Shown here piece by piece: positions 37,638 to 47,888 of a stretch of 64,000 nucleotides of DNA (position 1 is the first letter of the stretch; each line of letters opens with the position of its first letter). A model generated the notes under the pieces. That model saw only the letters and a program-made list of their open reading frames with translations. It had not been told where the DNA came from and did no database searches. The position numbers and the translations under genes were made by a program. Source of the stretch: a virus (taxonomy: Duplodnaviria; Caudoviricetes); IMG/VR virus record IMGVR_UViG_3300031418_000007. One strand, 5' to 3'.

Positions 37638-39191
37638 ATGGGTCATCTGTTAATGTTGGTAAAAGTCCTTACTTGCTTTTATCATGCAAAGAAGTTGAAA
37701 GACCGTGGATTGTTAAATGAGTTGACCGATGTTCTCGGAACAATAAAAACCCCCAACACGGATGTGTTTGTTCAAGATCGCAAGATCGACAGCGCTATTC
37801 GTGCCACCATCGACTGGATACTAGAACAACCGGACGATGAAGCAATCATAAAATCAATGCTTATGCAACGGGTGTATTCGTTTGTAAAAGAAGCACCTGA
37901 GCTGAAAGACTTGATGGAAGTGGGGTTAGAGGACTATCCAACAACCGAACGTACTCGTCAGATCATCTACAAGCATATCGATGAAATAAAGAAAGAGCAA
38001 GAAAGTGTTAAGATCAATGATGCGCTGAAAAAGAAAATCAAGGACTTTCACTTTAAAGAACTCCGCCAGTTTCAGAAGAACGATTGGTTGGAATTCATGG
38101 ATGTCATTCAGGGCAAGATTAACCAAGCTTATAATGATGAAAAGCAAAGTGAGGTTGTTGACTCCGTTTCATCTGAAGATAAAGATCCGTTCATTGAAAT
38201 CATTGAACGTGCTCAGCGTGAGCAGAACGGTGATGGTATCATCAAGTTGGGCATCCAGGGTATCAACAAGGGTTTGGGTCCAGACCAAGGGTTACGTCGC
38301 GGTAAGACGTATCTGTGGAACGCCCTGACTAACCGTGGTAAGTCTCTGATGATGGGTCACGCGATTGCCTCAACCGGTTTGTATAACAAAGCAACACCGA
38401 TGCTGCGTAACAAGAGCAAGATTCCGACTATCGTTCTGGATTCAGCGGAAGATGGTATCGAACTTATCTTGAACCGCATGTACAAACTCATCTGTGTGGC
38501 CAAGACCGGTAAGCTGCGTCCGTTTGAAGAAGTGACGTCAGAGGAGATCTACAAAACCATTACCGAAGCGTTTATCGAAAACGGCTGGTACTTTATCTTT
38601 AACCAGATTGAGCCGAACAAAGATAACTACGCTAACTTCTGTGCACGTATCCGTAAGTTGGAAATGCGCGGTCACGAAATCATCATGTATGTCTACGACT
38701 ACTTGGCGATGATGGAACTCGATGGCATATTGGGTGACAGTAAATCTGACCGACTGCAAATCCTGTTACGTAAGGCGCGTGCGTTTACTTCTGCTCGCGG
38801 TATCTGTTTTAACACACCTCACCAGCTTAACCCGGATGCAAAACGTTTGCTCAGGGAATCAGATGATGACAGCGAGATTTACTTTGCTCAGATGGTTGCA
38901 GGTAAGTCGATGACAGAAACCTCGACGAAGCTAACGAACGAAGTGGATGCAGAGATTACCATTCACGTGGCCAAGACCTCAACCGGTAACTACTTCACTT
39001 ACGCGATTGGTAAGATTCGTGGTGACGCAGGGGATCCAACTTATTCATTTGGTATTTATGATCTGGATCCTGTGTTGGGATTAATCCACGACATTGAAGG
39101 TAAACCGATGTGTCGTAGAAAGATTACTCATCGTTTAAATAACTTCGGAGATTCTGTCCCCGGTGAAGATGACTTTGACATAGCTGCGTAA
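37638..39191 (+). CDS. dnaB: DnaB-like replicative helicase (phiKZ gp118-like)
   Basis: GLRRG, deviant Walker A ALTNRGKS, LDSAED, YDYL, TPHQL, EVDAEI motifs. Confidence 0.85.
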   Translation: MGHLLMLVKVLTCFYHAKKLKDRGLLNELTDVLGTIKTPNTDVFVQDRKIDSAIRATIDWILEQPDDEAIIKSMLMQRVYSFVKEAPELKDLMEVGLEDYPTTERTRQIIYKHIDEIKKEQESVKINDALKKKIKDFHFKELRQFQKNDWLEFMDVIQGKINQAYNDEKQSEVVDSVSSEDKDPFIEIIERAQREQNGDGIIKLGIQGINKGLGPDQGLRRGKTYLWNALTNRGKSLMMGHAIASTGLYNKATPMLRNKSKIPTIVLDSAEDGIELILNRMYKLICVAKTGKLRPFEEVTSEEIYKTITEAFIENGWYFIFNQIEPNKDNYANFCARIRKLEMRGHEIIMYVYDYLAMMELDGILGDSKSDRLQILLRKARAFTSARGICFNTPHQLNPDAKRLLRESDDDSEIYFAQMVAGKSMTETSTKLTNEVDAEITIHVAKTSTGNYFTYAIGKIRGDAGDPTYSFGIYDLDPVLGLIHDIEGKPMCRRKITHRLNNFGDSVPGEDDFDIAA

Positions 39192-39205
39192 GCACAAGCC
39201 ATAAG

Positions 39206-39235
39206 CTACTCTACTCCCACTCGGGAGTAGAGTAG
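39206..39235. terminator. Bidirectional hairpin terminator
   Basis: CTACTCTACTCCC-ACTC-GGGAGTAGAGTAG between convergent genes. Confidence 0.85.
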
Positions 39236-39239
39236 TGAG

Positions 39240-40577
39240 TTATGTATCCAATCCTTCATAAACCAAGAACAAGAACAGCGTGGCCTTTTCACGAAACACC
39301 GAGTTAGGCTGTTGGTCGTTTTGCAAAGACTGGGTAATTACCCCCAACACAATCCCCTCTACCTCTACCAGGACACTGTTAGCTTGCGTGAAGTAATACT
39401 TACACGGCATACCGGGATAGATCAAATCTGAGTTAGACTGATCCCACGGCACACTAATAAGCTCGCCGTCGTTATAGGCTGTCTCTGAAAGCCCCTTGTA
39501 GATGTTCTCCGCAGGGGTGCGATCATAAACCGATATCTGTTCACCTGAACCACGTTCGGCCGTCTGGTACTCGCTGAGTGAGTCTGAGCGCGTAGTGATG
39601 GCTTTACCCTTGGCGTAGAACATACCCGCTTTACCTGAAATAGCATCAGGGTTAATGATACGTTTACCCACACCGTTGTTCTGGCGATTGATATCCACCG
39701 TGGATTGGTGTTTGGAGTGTCCGGTTGACAAGATCGTCACGGTCTTTTCGTTGGTGTACCAGGTGGTTTCCAACTGTGGTACCGCGTCTTCTGGAAAACG
39801 GAAGATGTCCAGGACCTTTGCTGCTGTAGCGTAACGTCCCATCAGGAAAGGGGGAAACACATAGAACATACCCTTGCGATAAAAGCAAGCCAGCCCCGCC
39901 GAATAGATGCCGTACTTATCATCGTTCTGCAAATAGGTTGGGAGATCCATGAGACGTGTACCATCAGGAATCTCGATGTGTTTATAGACCTTAGTGTTAT
40001 CCCCCTCAATCGGCATGTCCACACCCCGCCACGCGTCAGCACCAGCGAGTCCGACTTGTGACCCATCTGTAATCAACGCATGCACCAGCGCCTTGTCTGT
40101 TCGTCCCAATAAGAAAACAGAGTCACTGGTGAAACTGTTCTTTAATATCGCGAAGCCCAGTTCTTGCAGCTGGAGATTAACGGTGATGATGTTCAGGTTA
40201 TCGAAGTTCTCGAGGTTACTGACCTTGGTGTTGTTACCCGACATCTCTGGATCGTTGTTGGTAAGTGGTATACAACGGTACGTCTTAGCCACTTGCTTGA
40301 GTCCTTCCCGTTCGATAACTTCTATCTTGAGGTTATCTGAAAAAGGCAATACCTGTTTAAGGTAGAGTCCGGGTTGGATCTGACACTTCAGACGGTAGTC
40401 ATCAGCACGTGAAGAAGCAAACATCGACGTTCGTGTATATTCACTGATCAAATACACCGGGATATGTTGCGTTGGCGTAATCAACGTAGCAGAGATGTGG
40501 TAGTAACGGGTCGTGCCCGCTTTAGAGATGGACTTGGCTTGAGTAATTAAGTTCTGTAGCGGTTTTGAAATGTCCAC
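39240..40577 (-). CDS. Baseplate hub-like virion protein (phiKZ gp101-like)
   Basis: IEIPDGTRLMDLPTYLQ...YGIYSAGL..FY...YVFP; WDQSNSDLIYPGMPCKYY motifs; GTG start. Confidence 0.65.
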   Translation of the reverse strand: MDISKPLQNLITQAKSISKAGTTRYYHISATLITPTQHIPVYLISEYTRTSMFASSRADDYRLKCQIQPGLYLKQVLPFSDNLKIEVIEREGLKQVAKTYRCIPLTNNDPEMSGNNTKVSNLENFDNLNIITVNLQLQELGFAILKNSFTSDSVFLLGRTDKALVHALITDGSQVGLAGADAWRGVDMPIEGDNTKVYKHIEIPDGTRLMDLPTYLQNDDKYGIYSAGLACFYRKGMFYVFPPFLMGRYATAAKVLDIFRFPEDAVPQLETTWYTNEKTVTILSTGHSKHQSTVDINRQNNGVGKRIINPDAISGKAGMFYAKGKAITTRSDSLSEYQTAERGSGEQISVYDRTPAENIYKGLSETAYNDGELISVPWDQSNSDLIYPGMPCKYYFTQANSVLVEVEGIVLGVITQSLQNDQQPNSVFREKATLFLFLVYEGLDT

Positions 40578-40580
40578 AGG

Positions 40581-41291
40581 TTAACTCCCCCAGATGCCAA
40601 ACTCTTTCCGTGCTTCTTCCTGACGCAACAAGCTGTCTACGTTGGAACGAGGAGGAATGTTGAACGCATCTTGCGGCACATGGCCAATATTCGGCAGAAC
40701 ACGCGTGGTCAAGAGATCATAATAGGAGATGAACTCAGGACGCTGCTCGCGACCGGTTTTGTGGTTGAGCTGGAACAAGCCCAGCAGTCCCAACAGACCG
40801 TTGTCTTCCCCTGGACGTTGACGGGCATCTTCCCGATGAGCACGCTGATTCAGGTACAGACGAATGCGGGCGTAGTCATCAAAGAAGTAATAGCTCAGTC
40901 TTTCGAGGTAGCGAATCTCTTCCGGGTTGATACTGCCGTAGTTCGAGTTAGTCGCATACAGCTCGTACCACAGCGAATTGTACTCCTGAATGGTTTCTAC
41001 AATCTCGATGACGTTTTTGTTGGGAAGGTCCACACGCAGCGGTTGATCTTCGGTAACGTTCTCCAACAGCGGGATAACCTTTTCCATGGTCAGAGCGCGA
41101 CGCACTGGATTAGCAAACACACCGGGATCAGCAATGGTGTCATTGGAACGATACTCACTGCGATCACGAATCTGTTCCGTGGTCATGGTGTGGCTTGGAA
41201 ATACCCAGAACGGGTAGGTGCGCTTGGTAATAATCGCATGCAGCGTAATCGCACGTTTACGGATAGCATGGTAACGTTCCACTTCAATCAT
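40581..41291 (-). CDS. Conserved hypothetical virion-operon protein
   Basis: Coupled to neighbours in the structural operon. Confidence 0.65.
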   Translation of the reverse strand: MIEVERYHAIRKRAITLHAIITKRTYPFWVFPSHTMTTEQIRDRSEYRSNDTIADPGVFANPVRRALTMEKVIPLLENVTEDQPLRVDLPNKNVIEIVETIQEYNSLWYELYATNSNYGSINPEEIRYLERLSYYFFDDYARIRLYLNQRAHREDARQRPGEDNGLLGLLGLFQLNHKTGREQRPEFISYYDLLTTRVLPNIGHVPQDAFNIPPRSNVDSLLRQEEARKEFGIWGS

Positions 41292-42565
41292 ATCACTTTA
41301 CCCATTTTGCGAGATTTGAAAATCATTAACAATAGGATAGGTGCATAGTAGAGTTGCTGCTGGAGTGTGAGGTCCCAATACGTCTCCAGGAAGTCGTGTA
41401 TACGCTTCAGATCAACGATATCGTGTTTAAGCACGTCCACTATCAGATTCTCGAACACGCCCTCAGGTTTGCCCTGGTAGAAGCCCTCACTGAACAGGTA
41501 GGTAATGTTCTGGGTAGGCAGGGGGTTATAGGTTGGAATGATCTCCATCCAACTGTACCATCCCGACATATCCGCAAAGTCTTCTGGGTTAGTAACCACT
41601 ACCCCGTCAAACGCGCTGGAACGAATGCTGTTGTACGTACGCGTTGAGTACAGCTTACGTACGTCTACAATGCCAGCGGTGTTCTTACAGCGGCGTAGCG
41701 TGTTCCAATCGTTACGGAAGATCACGTCCCACACGTTGTACACCCCGTGTTGTGAACGCACGTTACCGCTGTACTCCATGGTTAATGTCGACAGGCGCGG
41801 ATAGGTACCCAGGGAATCCCCGCGCGCCATGGCGAGAAATGCCTTGACCAGGTAGGGATCATAGTAGTGCTTGCCGTCAACCATAAAGGCCAACGTGCGC
41901 TCTTCCTCCCAGTAGAACTTCTCGTAGACATAATGCACGATAGTGGGGTACCAGCTGGCGATCTTTTTCTTGAGATCGAATTCACCGGTAGAGATCAGGG
42001 GTGTACCGCCATTAAGGTGCTGGTCACGACTATATACCAGTTCCTCAACGATCTGACTTTCCATCTCGTCCCACACGGGCTTGGTCAAGATGCCTTCAAA
42101 CTTCCACTCGATCTTGTAGACCTTGTTTGCCGTGAACTCAGGGATCGATACGCTGAGCACAGTAAACCAACCAGCGTTGCCATCGCCGATGTCGGCAATG
42201 AAGAAGTCACCTACCAACGGCACCAGACCAAAAATAACGTAACCTGATCCCGTTTTCTCTGCTACAGCGGTTTGCATATCAAAGTTGAAATCTTCACCAG
42301 CGAACTTAATGATCAGATCTTTGATACGGGTGTGAGATTGATACGCGCGAGATCCGGGTTGGAAAGCGTGCAACTCTTCGTTGTTCTTTTGTACCTGGCG
42401 GTGGTACTCGGTTAAAACAGGGGTCCCCGGCACCATGCTGAGCATCGGGGTTTCGTTCTGGTACACACTTTCCACGATGCTGTGTTTGTATGCTTCAGAA
42501 TAGATCTTGGGGGCTTCGGGTTCAGGACTTGGCGCCTGACCAACCGGAGTAACGCTTAATGCCAT
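41288..42565 (-). CDS. Conserved virion structural protein (neck/head-tail region candidate)
   Basis: PLVGDFFIADIGDG..G.F.V motif, YDPYLV; position in the operon. Confidence 0.62.
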   Translation of the reverse strand: MALSVTPVGQAPSPEPEAPKIYSEAYKHSIVESVYQNETPMLSMVPGTPVLTEYHRQVQKNNEELHAFQPGSRAYQSHTRIKDLIIKFAGEDFNFDMQTAVAEKTGSGYVIFGLVPLVGDFFIADIGDGNAGWFTVLSVSIPEFTANKVYKIEWKFEGILTKPVWDEMESQIVEELVYSRDQHLNGGTPLISTGEFDLKKKIASWYPTIVHYVYEKFYWEEERTLAFMVDGKHYYDPYLVKAFLAMARGDSLGTYPRLSTLTMEYSGNVRSQHGVYNVWDVIFRNDWNTLRRCKNTAGIVDVRKLYSTRTYNSIRSSAFDGVVVTNPEDFADMSGWYSWMEIIPTYNPLPTQNITYLFSEGFYQGKPEGVFENLIVDVLKHDIVDLKRIHDFLETYWDLTLQQQLYYAPILLLMIFKSRKMGKVI

Positions 42566-42574
42566 GATAAACTC

Positions 42575-44077
42575 CTACAGCGTTTTAATGTTCTTAACGA
42601 TAAGACCCATTTCGATTTCGTAACGGTTAAAGTTACGGGGAGTGTCGATGGGTAATCCTTCGGGCACGTTGCTTTCCCAATCACTTGGCATGTTGGGCCA
42701 GTCCCACCACGGGAAGATGCTGGGAAGTAACCCGCCGTTATCACGGGCGTCTTGCCAGTAGTCATCGGAATAGTTTTCAACATCGTAGTCGATATTGATA
42801 ATCAGATGCTGGAGACGAGTCACCGTTGGGGCGCGTTTGATATAGATGTTGCCGGCTTCATCCATGCGCAGCTGGTTGGGTTCAACCTGAAGATCACCGG
42901 AATAGACCTCAAACAAAATCGGAGTGTCATGACGCGTAAAGATTTTGTCATGTCGGCGCAGCATGTACGCCTTGGCGTCGTCTTCCCAGATAAAGTCAGG
43001 GATTTCAAACAGGTTACACAGCAGCTGTTCACCCGGTGTATCATTCACAGCCAGGCGTGCCTGAATCAGTGGCGTAAGCTTGGCTTTGTGTTCCCGCTCC
43101 CAGTTGTCGTGCGCTGGCAGCACCAGATAATACGGCGCCTGTGTTAACCCCATGTTGTCCACCAGGCGTTTACCCATAACGTATTCAGGGTTTGCCGCAC
43201 CGTGATAAGGCACAGATTGACGGTAGCTGTCACGATTGGTCACCACCCACTTATCAGGAATCTGATCCTGATGCACCTGCAATGGATAGTTAATGCGCCA
43301 GCCGATGAATTCGTTATAGAAGAACTTGTAGGTGAACCCGGTTTCGTATTTACCAAAGGTCTGACCCTTTTGTGCTAAACGAATCTGGGGTTCTTCAAAT
43401 TCCACCTGGAGATCACGCAGCTTAACAGGAAACACCATCACGTCATTATTACCAATGATGTTACCAATGATTGTGGCTTGGCGCAGTGACTTGTCCCGGA
43501 AGTACTCAGGGAAAGTATCTGAACGGATCTTGTTCTTTACCGCTAACTGATGTACGTCAGAGAACAACTCCAGGATGCCGTCATTCAGGGGGAGGTGTCC
43601 CTCGCCATCAAAGGTCATCATGGTAATCATTTGACTGGTGTCATAGTTAATGCGGTTAACCAGCTGTTGTGCAGCAATGCGAGAGGTATGATGAGATACC
43701 AACTCTACTACCACTGACCGACCCGCAAACTCCGGTGTGATATACATCCCCAGGGATTTGTCCAACCAGAAGGGGGCTTCAGTGGATTCACGACGCTGAT
43801 TATGGTAACCGTTGTTGAATTCACTGGGTTCTATGGTAGCAACCGCGTACACCTTGTTACGGAAGATACCGTCGGTGTAGAGTTGGTTGGCGGGGTCATC
43901 ACCGAAGTTACTCCCGATCAATTTGGTGATCTCTGCTTCACCGTTGAAATAAACGTTTTGTGCACCATCCAAGCCAAACTGTTTCAGTACCGCGATAATG
44001 GAATCGTAGATCACTGGTCGAGTAATGGCGCGATAGGTTTCTAGCGAACCGGCAAAGGCGGTTTGTGTAGCGGCCAT
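42575..44077 (-). CDS. Conserved virion structural protein
   Basis: First gene after a late promoter; ITRPV, YPLQVHQ..I motifs recalled from phiKZ-family proteins. Confidence 0.62.
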   Translation of the reverse strand: MAATQTAFAGSLETYRAITRPVIYDSIIAVLKQFGLDGAQNVYFNGEAEITKLIGSNFGDDPANQLYTDGIFRNKVYAVATIEPSEFNNGYHNQRRESTEAPFWLDKSLGMYITPEFAGRSVVVELVSHHTSRIAAQQLVNRINYDTSQMITMMTFDGEGHLPLNDGILELFSDVHQLAVKNKIRSDTFPEYFRDKSLRQATIIGNIIGNNDVMVFPVKLRDLQVEFEEPQIRLAQKGQTFGKYETGFTYKFFYNEFIGWRINYPLQVHQDQIPDKWVVTNRDSYRQSVPYHGAANPEYVMGKRLVDNMGLTQAPYYLVLPAHDNWEREHKAKLTPLIQARLAVNDTPGEQLLCNLFEIPDFIWEDDAKAYMLRRHDKIFTRHDTPILFEVYSGDLQVEPNQLRMDEAGNIYIKRAPTVTRLQHLIINIDYDVENYSDDYWQDARDNGGLLPSIFPWWDWPNMPSDWESNVPEGLPIDTPRNFNRYEIEMGLIVKNIKTL

Positions 44078-44103
44078 AGCGATAAGTTCCTTATGAAAAT
44101 AAA

Positions 44104-44111
44104 CATAAAAT
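44104..44111 (-). promoter_or_regulatory. Putative late promoter ATTTTATG
   Basis: CATAAAAT directly after the terminator hairpin, 27 nt upstream of the 44077 start. Confidence 0.55.
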
Positions 44112-44118
44112 TTACCTT

Positions 44119-44144
44119 ACTTAGTGGGTGTTACCCCACTAAGT
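44119..44144 (-). terminator. Hairpin terminator
   Basis: ACTTAGTGGG-TGTTAC-CCCACTAAGT. Confidence 0.75.
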
Positions 44145-44156
44145 TTGGTTTATGTT

Positions 44157-44897
44157 TTAGAAAGGACGATCGGTGTCATCCAGGGGAACCACGGTAAGGC
44201 TAACCAGATTACGATTTGCATCACGCAGGTAAACCCGGACCTTTAGGGTTTCACCCTCTTTGCGATAGGTCTGGAAGTTAAACACGGTGGCATTGCGCAG
44301 GATGTCGAGGTTGGCTTTGGTGACGTAATTAGATTCACCAAAACGTGCCTGAACTTCCTTGATCAACTCAGGAGAGAGTTGGTTACCGTTAAACGCCTTG
44401 GCCTTGCACTCAAACGGACGTGACACGCTAAGGATACCCTGGAAGAACATCAGCTGGAACGTTTTTGCCAGTGACGCCATGCTGTCCAGCAGTTTACCGC
44501 CGCTCTCGGTGACAAAACGAATGGAGACTGATCCCTTGTACAGGAAAGAGTTCGGCAGAATCTCCAGGGTAAACCGTGCAACCATGCCTGCGGTGAAATC
44601 AACTTTGATATCCGCTGCGTTGTAGTCCACGCCCTTGATCAGTGCTAAACCGTTCTGATCACTGAATGCCTGTACCGCGTCCGCATAGGTTGCTTCTTTG
44701 TCAATCACAACCGTAGGCAGTGCCAGCGCAAACTGAGCAGTGAGGTCCATCTTCTTAACCGTTGCAACTTCTTCAACACCGCGACCATTGACAAAGGTAA
44801 TTGCGCTCTCCGCACCACCTTTGGTAAAGTACTCGGTAACTTTGCCTCCCAGCATGTTCTCGAGCTTGGTGATATTGATTGGTGCAATATTACTCAT
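44157..44897 (-). CDS. Putative head-decoration / surface protein (beta-rich)
   Basis: Likely start MSNIAP at 44897; 'TYADAVQAFSDQNGLALIKGVDY...ILPNSFLYKGSV' resembles a repeated jumbo-phage virion domain (recalled, unverified). Confidence 0.5.
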   Translation of the reverse strand: MSNIAPINITKLENMLGGKVTEYFTKGGAESAITFVNGRGVEEVATVKKMDLTAQFALALPTVVIDKEATYADAVQAFSDQNGLALIKGVDYNAADIKVDFTAGMVARFTLEILPNSFLYKGSVSIRFVTESGGKLLDSMASLAKTFQLMFFQGILSVSRPFECKAKAFNGNQLSPELIKEVQARFGESNYVTKANLDILRNATVFNFQTYRKEGETLKVRVYLRDANRNLVSLTVVPLDDTDRPF

Positions 44898-46239
44898 TGC
44901 TGTCACCTTCTTTCTTCTCCGCGTAGAAGATCGCTGGGGTGATGCCCTTGATCGCTTTGCTGATCGCACCCACGGTTTTACGCTGGACGCTCAGTTGCTT
45001 TTTCAGGTCATCGAACTTCGCCCGCGCTTCCTTAGACTTTTCCGTGATAGCGGCTTTCTTCACGCTGATGGCTTCTTTGTCATCATCAGCAGGTGCATCA
45101 GAAGAAACGCTGCTTTCCAATGCCTTGACATCTGAATCAACCTCATTAAAGGTTTTCTCCAGTGTGCTGGCTTCATTATAGACTTTGGTGAACTCTGCCA
45201 TGAGTTTGTCGATTACACCCGGGGCTGACGAGACATCAGTGAGCGTACCCACAATGCTCTTGATGTTGTCGTTGCCGGTTGCTGCTGCAAGACGGTTAAT
45301 ACCGGCTTTAGCCGAATCAGTTAACGTGGCATCTTTGCGCTCTACCGCTGCCAGGGCTTTCTTGTTGGCATCCGAGGACGACTTGATATCATCCGCCATC
45401 TCTTTCAGCGAATTATCGAAGTAGTTCTCTTTCACCGCCACCAAGCCATCCTTGACCACTTGGAATGCCTTTAACATGGCTGACTTGATCTTGTCCCACA
45501 TTGCACCCTCGTTGCCGCCGATATCAGCAGGCAGGATACCGCGGCTGATCATGACACCGGTAACGTAACGCTGAGCAAAGGTTTGGTTAGCCATCTCAAC
45601 ATAACCCCCTGCTGCATGAAATTCTTCTAACCCTTGCAGCATGGTGTTAAGGTGAGTGAACTGTTCTAATCCGTCAACAGACGCAGTGTCTGCTTCAAAC
45701 GTCTCAGAATGGTCTGTGGTGGCTTCACCGAGGTCAGTGGGAATATCTTGCACGTTACAACCGAAGTGTTCACCTATACCTGATTCAGAACCGTATTTAG
45801 CGATCATGAAGGTACAGATGATTTGACTCAGTGATTGCAAGAACACCAGGTGATCTGCCATCTCATTCAGCGCATCATAGTCTTTACCCGCTTCCACACC
45901 CGCGCAGTAGAAATCACGACACTTGGTCAACGCACCTTTCAATGCATCCAGTCCTTCATTCTCGGTATAGGTTAAGTCAGCATTACCCAACGCACAGATA
46001 GTAGCCGATGCCTTGAGGGGTTCAATGACTTTGCTGGTTTCTACGATATTGCGAAGGTAATTACTGACGCCCTTGTTGGTGTGGTCTAAACCCTGTAGGG
46101 AATCCAGTGCGGTATCAGCAGTAATACAGATCAATGAATGCAATTGTTTCTTACAGACTTTCTGATCTTCAATCTTGATATAGTCTGCATCTTTCTTGAT
46201 CATCTCACGGACATTAGTAAACATCTCGTGAGTACCCAT
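44890..46239 (-). CDS. Inner-head / ejection protein paralog
   Basis: GGNE|GAMWDKIKSAMLKAFQVVK amphipathic start after an acidic propeptide. Start 46239 preferred because the upstream part is very AT-rich. Confidence 0.65.
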   Translation of the reverse strand: MGTHEMFTNVREMIKKDADYIKIEDQKVCKKQLHSLICITADTALDSLQGLDHTNKGVSNYLRNIVETSKVIEPLKASATICALGNADLTYTENEGLDALKGALTKCRDFYCAGVEAGKDYDALNEMADHLVFLQSLSQIICTFMIAKYGSESGIGEHFGCNVQDIPTDLGEATTDHSETFEADTASVDGLEQFTHLNTMLQGLEEFHAAGGYVEMANQTFAQRYVTGVMISRGILPADIGGNEGAMWDKIKSAMLKAFQVVKDGLVAVKENYFDNSLKEMADDIKSSSDANKKALAAVERKDATLTDSAKAGINRLAAATGNDNIKSIVGTLTDVSSAPGVIDKLMAEFTKVYNEASTLEKTFNEVDSDVKALESSVSSDAPADDDKEAISVKKAAITEKSKEARAKFDDLKKQLSVQRKTVGAISKAIKGITPAIFYAEKKEGDSNE

Positions 46240-46379
46240 TGTCTTTCTTTCTTCATCATTTAACTTGATAATTAAATTAAGTAATTTAAATATAGTAACC
46301 CCTTCCATCCCCCGGCCTCCACCAGTTTTGACATTAAGTTGTTTTTGCAGTTAAAAAACAATTCACACAGAATACCACA

Positions 46380-46399
46380 CTGTGGGGTTTCCCCCACAG
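46380..46399 (-). terminator. Hairpin (GAAA tetraloop on the minus strand)
   Basis: CTGTGGGG-GAAA-CCCCACAG on the minus strand. Confidence 0.6.
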
Positions 46400-46493
46400 C
46401 TGGTAATTTAACGGAGCTTACGACGATAACCCCCACCCGTGCTGTAATTGGGTTCTACAGCAATACGCGACGTATCGTAATCAGGCTCGGGCA

Positions 46494-47390
46494 TTACGCC
46501 TTTTTTGCGAAGTAGCTCGGAGTGAGCTTATCCACAACACCGGTCACGAATGAACGGAAAGACGATTTCATCTGTTGGATCAAGGTGTAAGACTTCATCA
46601 CCTCTTTCAGAGACGCTAACTTCTCTTTGATCTCAGCAGACGCATTTTCACCGGCTGCTTTTACTTTGCTTTCCAGCTTGTCAATTTCAGCCAGAGTTTT
46701 AGACGCCAGTGCTTTAACCTGAGACGACATTACACCACGGAAGTCACGGAAGTACATCGCCCACAGTTGTGCCTTGATGGACACAGCCAGCGCAATACCA
46801 CGACCTTGCTTCTTGGCAGCTTCAACACCGCGGTTGGTGATCTCAACCATTTTCTCCAGCGCACCGTCCAACTTTTCTTTCAGCTGAGCGTCTTCTGCCA
46901 GAATCTTAGCCGCCTGCACACCCTGATTAACTTTCGCTTTGATGCTTGCGCCAATAGCTGCTGTTTTAGTGGCAGCAGAGTCGATAGCGCTACGTGCAGC
47001 CTGAGTCAGTTCAGAGGTAGAAGGCAGCTTCGCCAGGACACCTTTCTCTTTCTCAATCGCACTGTTTTTCTCTTCGTCTTTCTCTTCAGCATCTTTACCG
47101 AAGAAAAAGCCCCAAATGCCTTTAAAGACACTCTTGATGTAGGTGACAGACTTTGCAAAGCTGGCCTTTACAGAGGTCCACACGGATTCGTTGCCGTGGA
47201 TAACGGTAGGTGGCAGCATGTCTGCACCACACATCGCGCCAGCCAGGTATTTCACCGCATAGCTTTCGGTGCCGTCGATGGCGTCGATGCTACCCTGAAT
47301 AATCAGGGATTCGTGGCTCTCATCGAGGTCGGCTGGTGTTTCGTCGAGTACTAGGTCGATAACGTCGTCTTGCATGATCTTTTTTTCCAT
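46494..47390 (-). CDS. Inner-head / ejection protein paralog
   Basis: Acidic propeptide, then HGNE|SVWTSVKASFAKSVTYIKSVFKGIWGFFFG; ends in A AAA AAG GCG TAA. Confidence 0.7.
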   Translation of the reverse strand: MEKKIMQDDVIDLVLDETPADLDESHESLIIQGSIDAIDGTESYAVKYLAGAMCGADMLPPTVIHGNESVWTSVKASFAKSVTYIKSVFKGIWGFFFGKDAEEKDEEKNSAIEKEKGVLAKLPSTSELTQAARSAIDSAATKTAAIGASIKAKVNQGVQAAKILAEDAQLKEKLDGALEKMVEITNRGVEAAKKQGRGIALAVSIKAQLWAMYFRDFRGVMSSQVKALASKTLAEIDKLESKVKAAGENASAEIKEKLASLKEVMKSYTLIQQMKSSFRSFVTGVVDKLTPSYFAKKA

Positions 47391-47416
47391 GTGAAAGTTA
47401 ATAGGTGGGGTATAAA

Positions 47417-47424
47417 CATAAAAT
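47417..47424 (-). promoter_or_regulatory. Putative late promoter ATTTTATG
   Basis: CATAAAAT 27 nt upstream of the 47390 start. Confidence 0.55.
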
Positions 47425-47888
47425 CAACAAACTACCGAAAACGATCCTTTGAAGTAAGGACAGTCCGTAAATTCCACATGAAGCTTGTTATCGAGCTTGG
47501 ATAACGTCACTTCTGAGCTGGATACCATGGGGAGTCCCAATACACTCATCAGTGTGTCAAACGCCTCTAACAGGTTGTTGGTTAACAGGACATCGCTTTG
47601 ATCAGTAACCAACACGGAGTCATCTTCAAACACGGTATCAGAGAGTTCCTCTAACGCCTTCTGTTCAACGATCGAACCATGCATGTAGCTGATATCGATA
47701 TCCATGCTATCCAGGAAGCTGAGGTCAATCTTGTCGCCACGAATGAAACGAGAGCGACAGGATGTATCCACAACAACGTAGCTGTCCTTTGTTAGGTTAT
47801 GGAGTTGTGGAGCAACAAAGCCCTGTTCACCACTTGCCTTCAACACACAGCGAGTAAACTGCCCTGGGGTTACGCGAATGATCTTCAT
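47424..47888 (-). CDS. Hypothetical protein (154 aa)
   Basis: ATGA-coupled to the upstream gene. Confidence 0.6.
   Translation of the reverse strand: MKIIRVTPGQFTRCVLKASGEQGFVAPQLHNLTKDSYVVVDTSCRSRFIRGDKIDLSFLDSMDIDISYMHGSIVEQKALEELSDTVFEDDSVLVTDQSDVLLTNNLLEAFDTLMSVLGLPMVSSSEVTLSKLDNKLHVEFTDCPYFKGSFSVVC

Noticed and set aside
40671-41348. 225-aa plus-strand ORF
   Set aside because: Antisense shadow of a structural gene.
46309-46493. Possible ribozyme, riboswitch or tRNA in the largest intergenic region
   Set aside because: Stems are present, but I could not match hammerhead, twister, preQ1 or cloverleaf consensus. Retained only as a possible frameshift-related structure; an Infernal/Rfam search would settle it.
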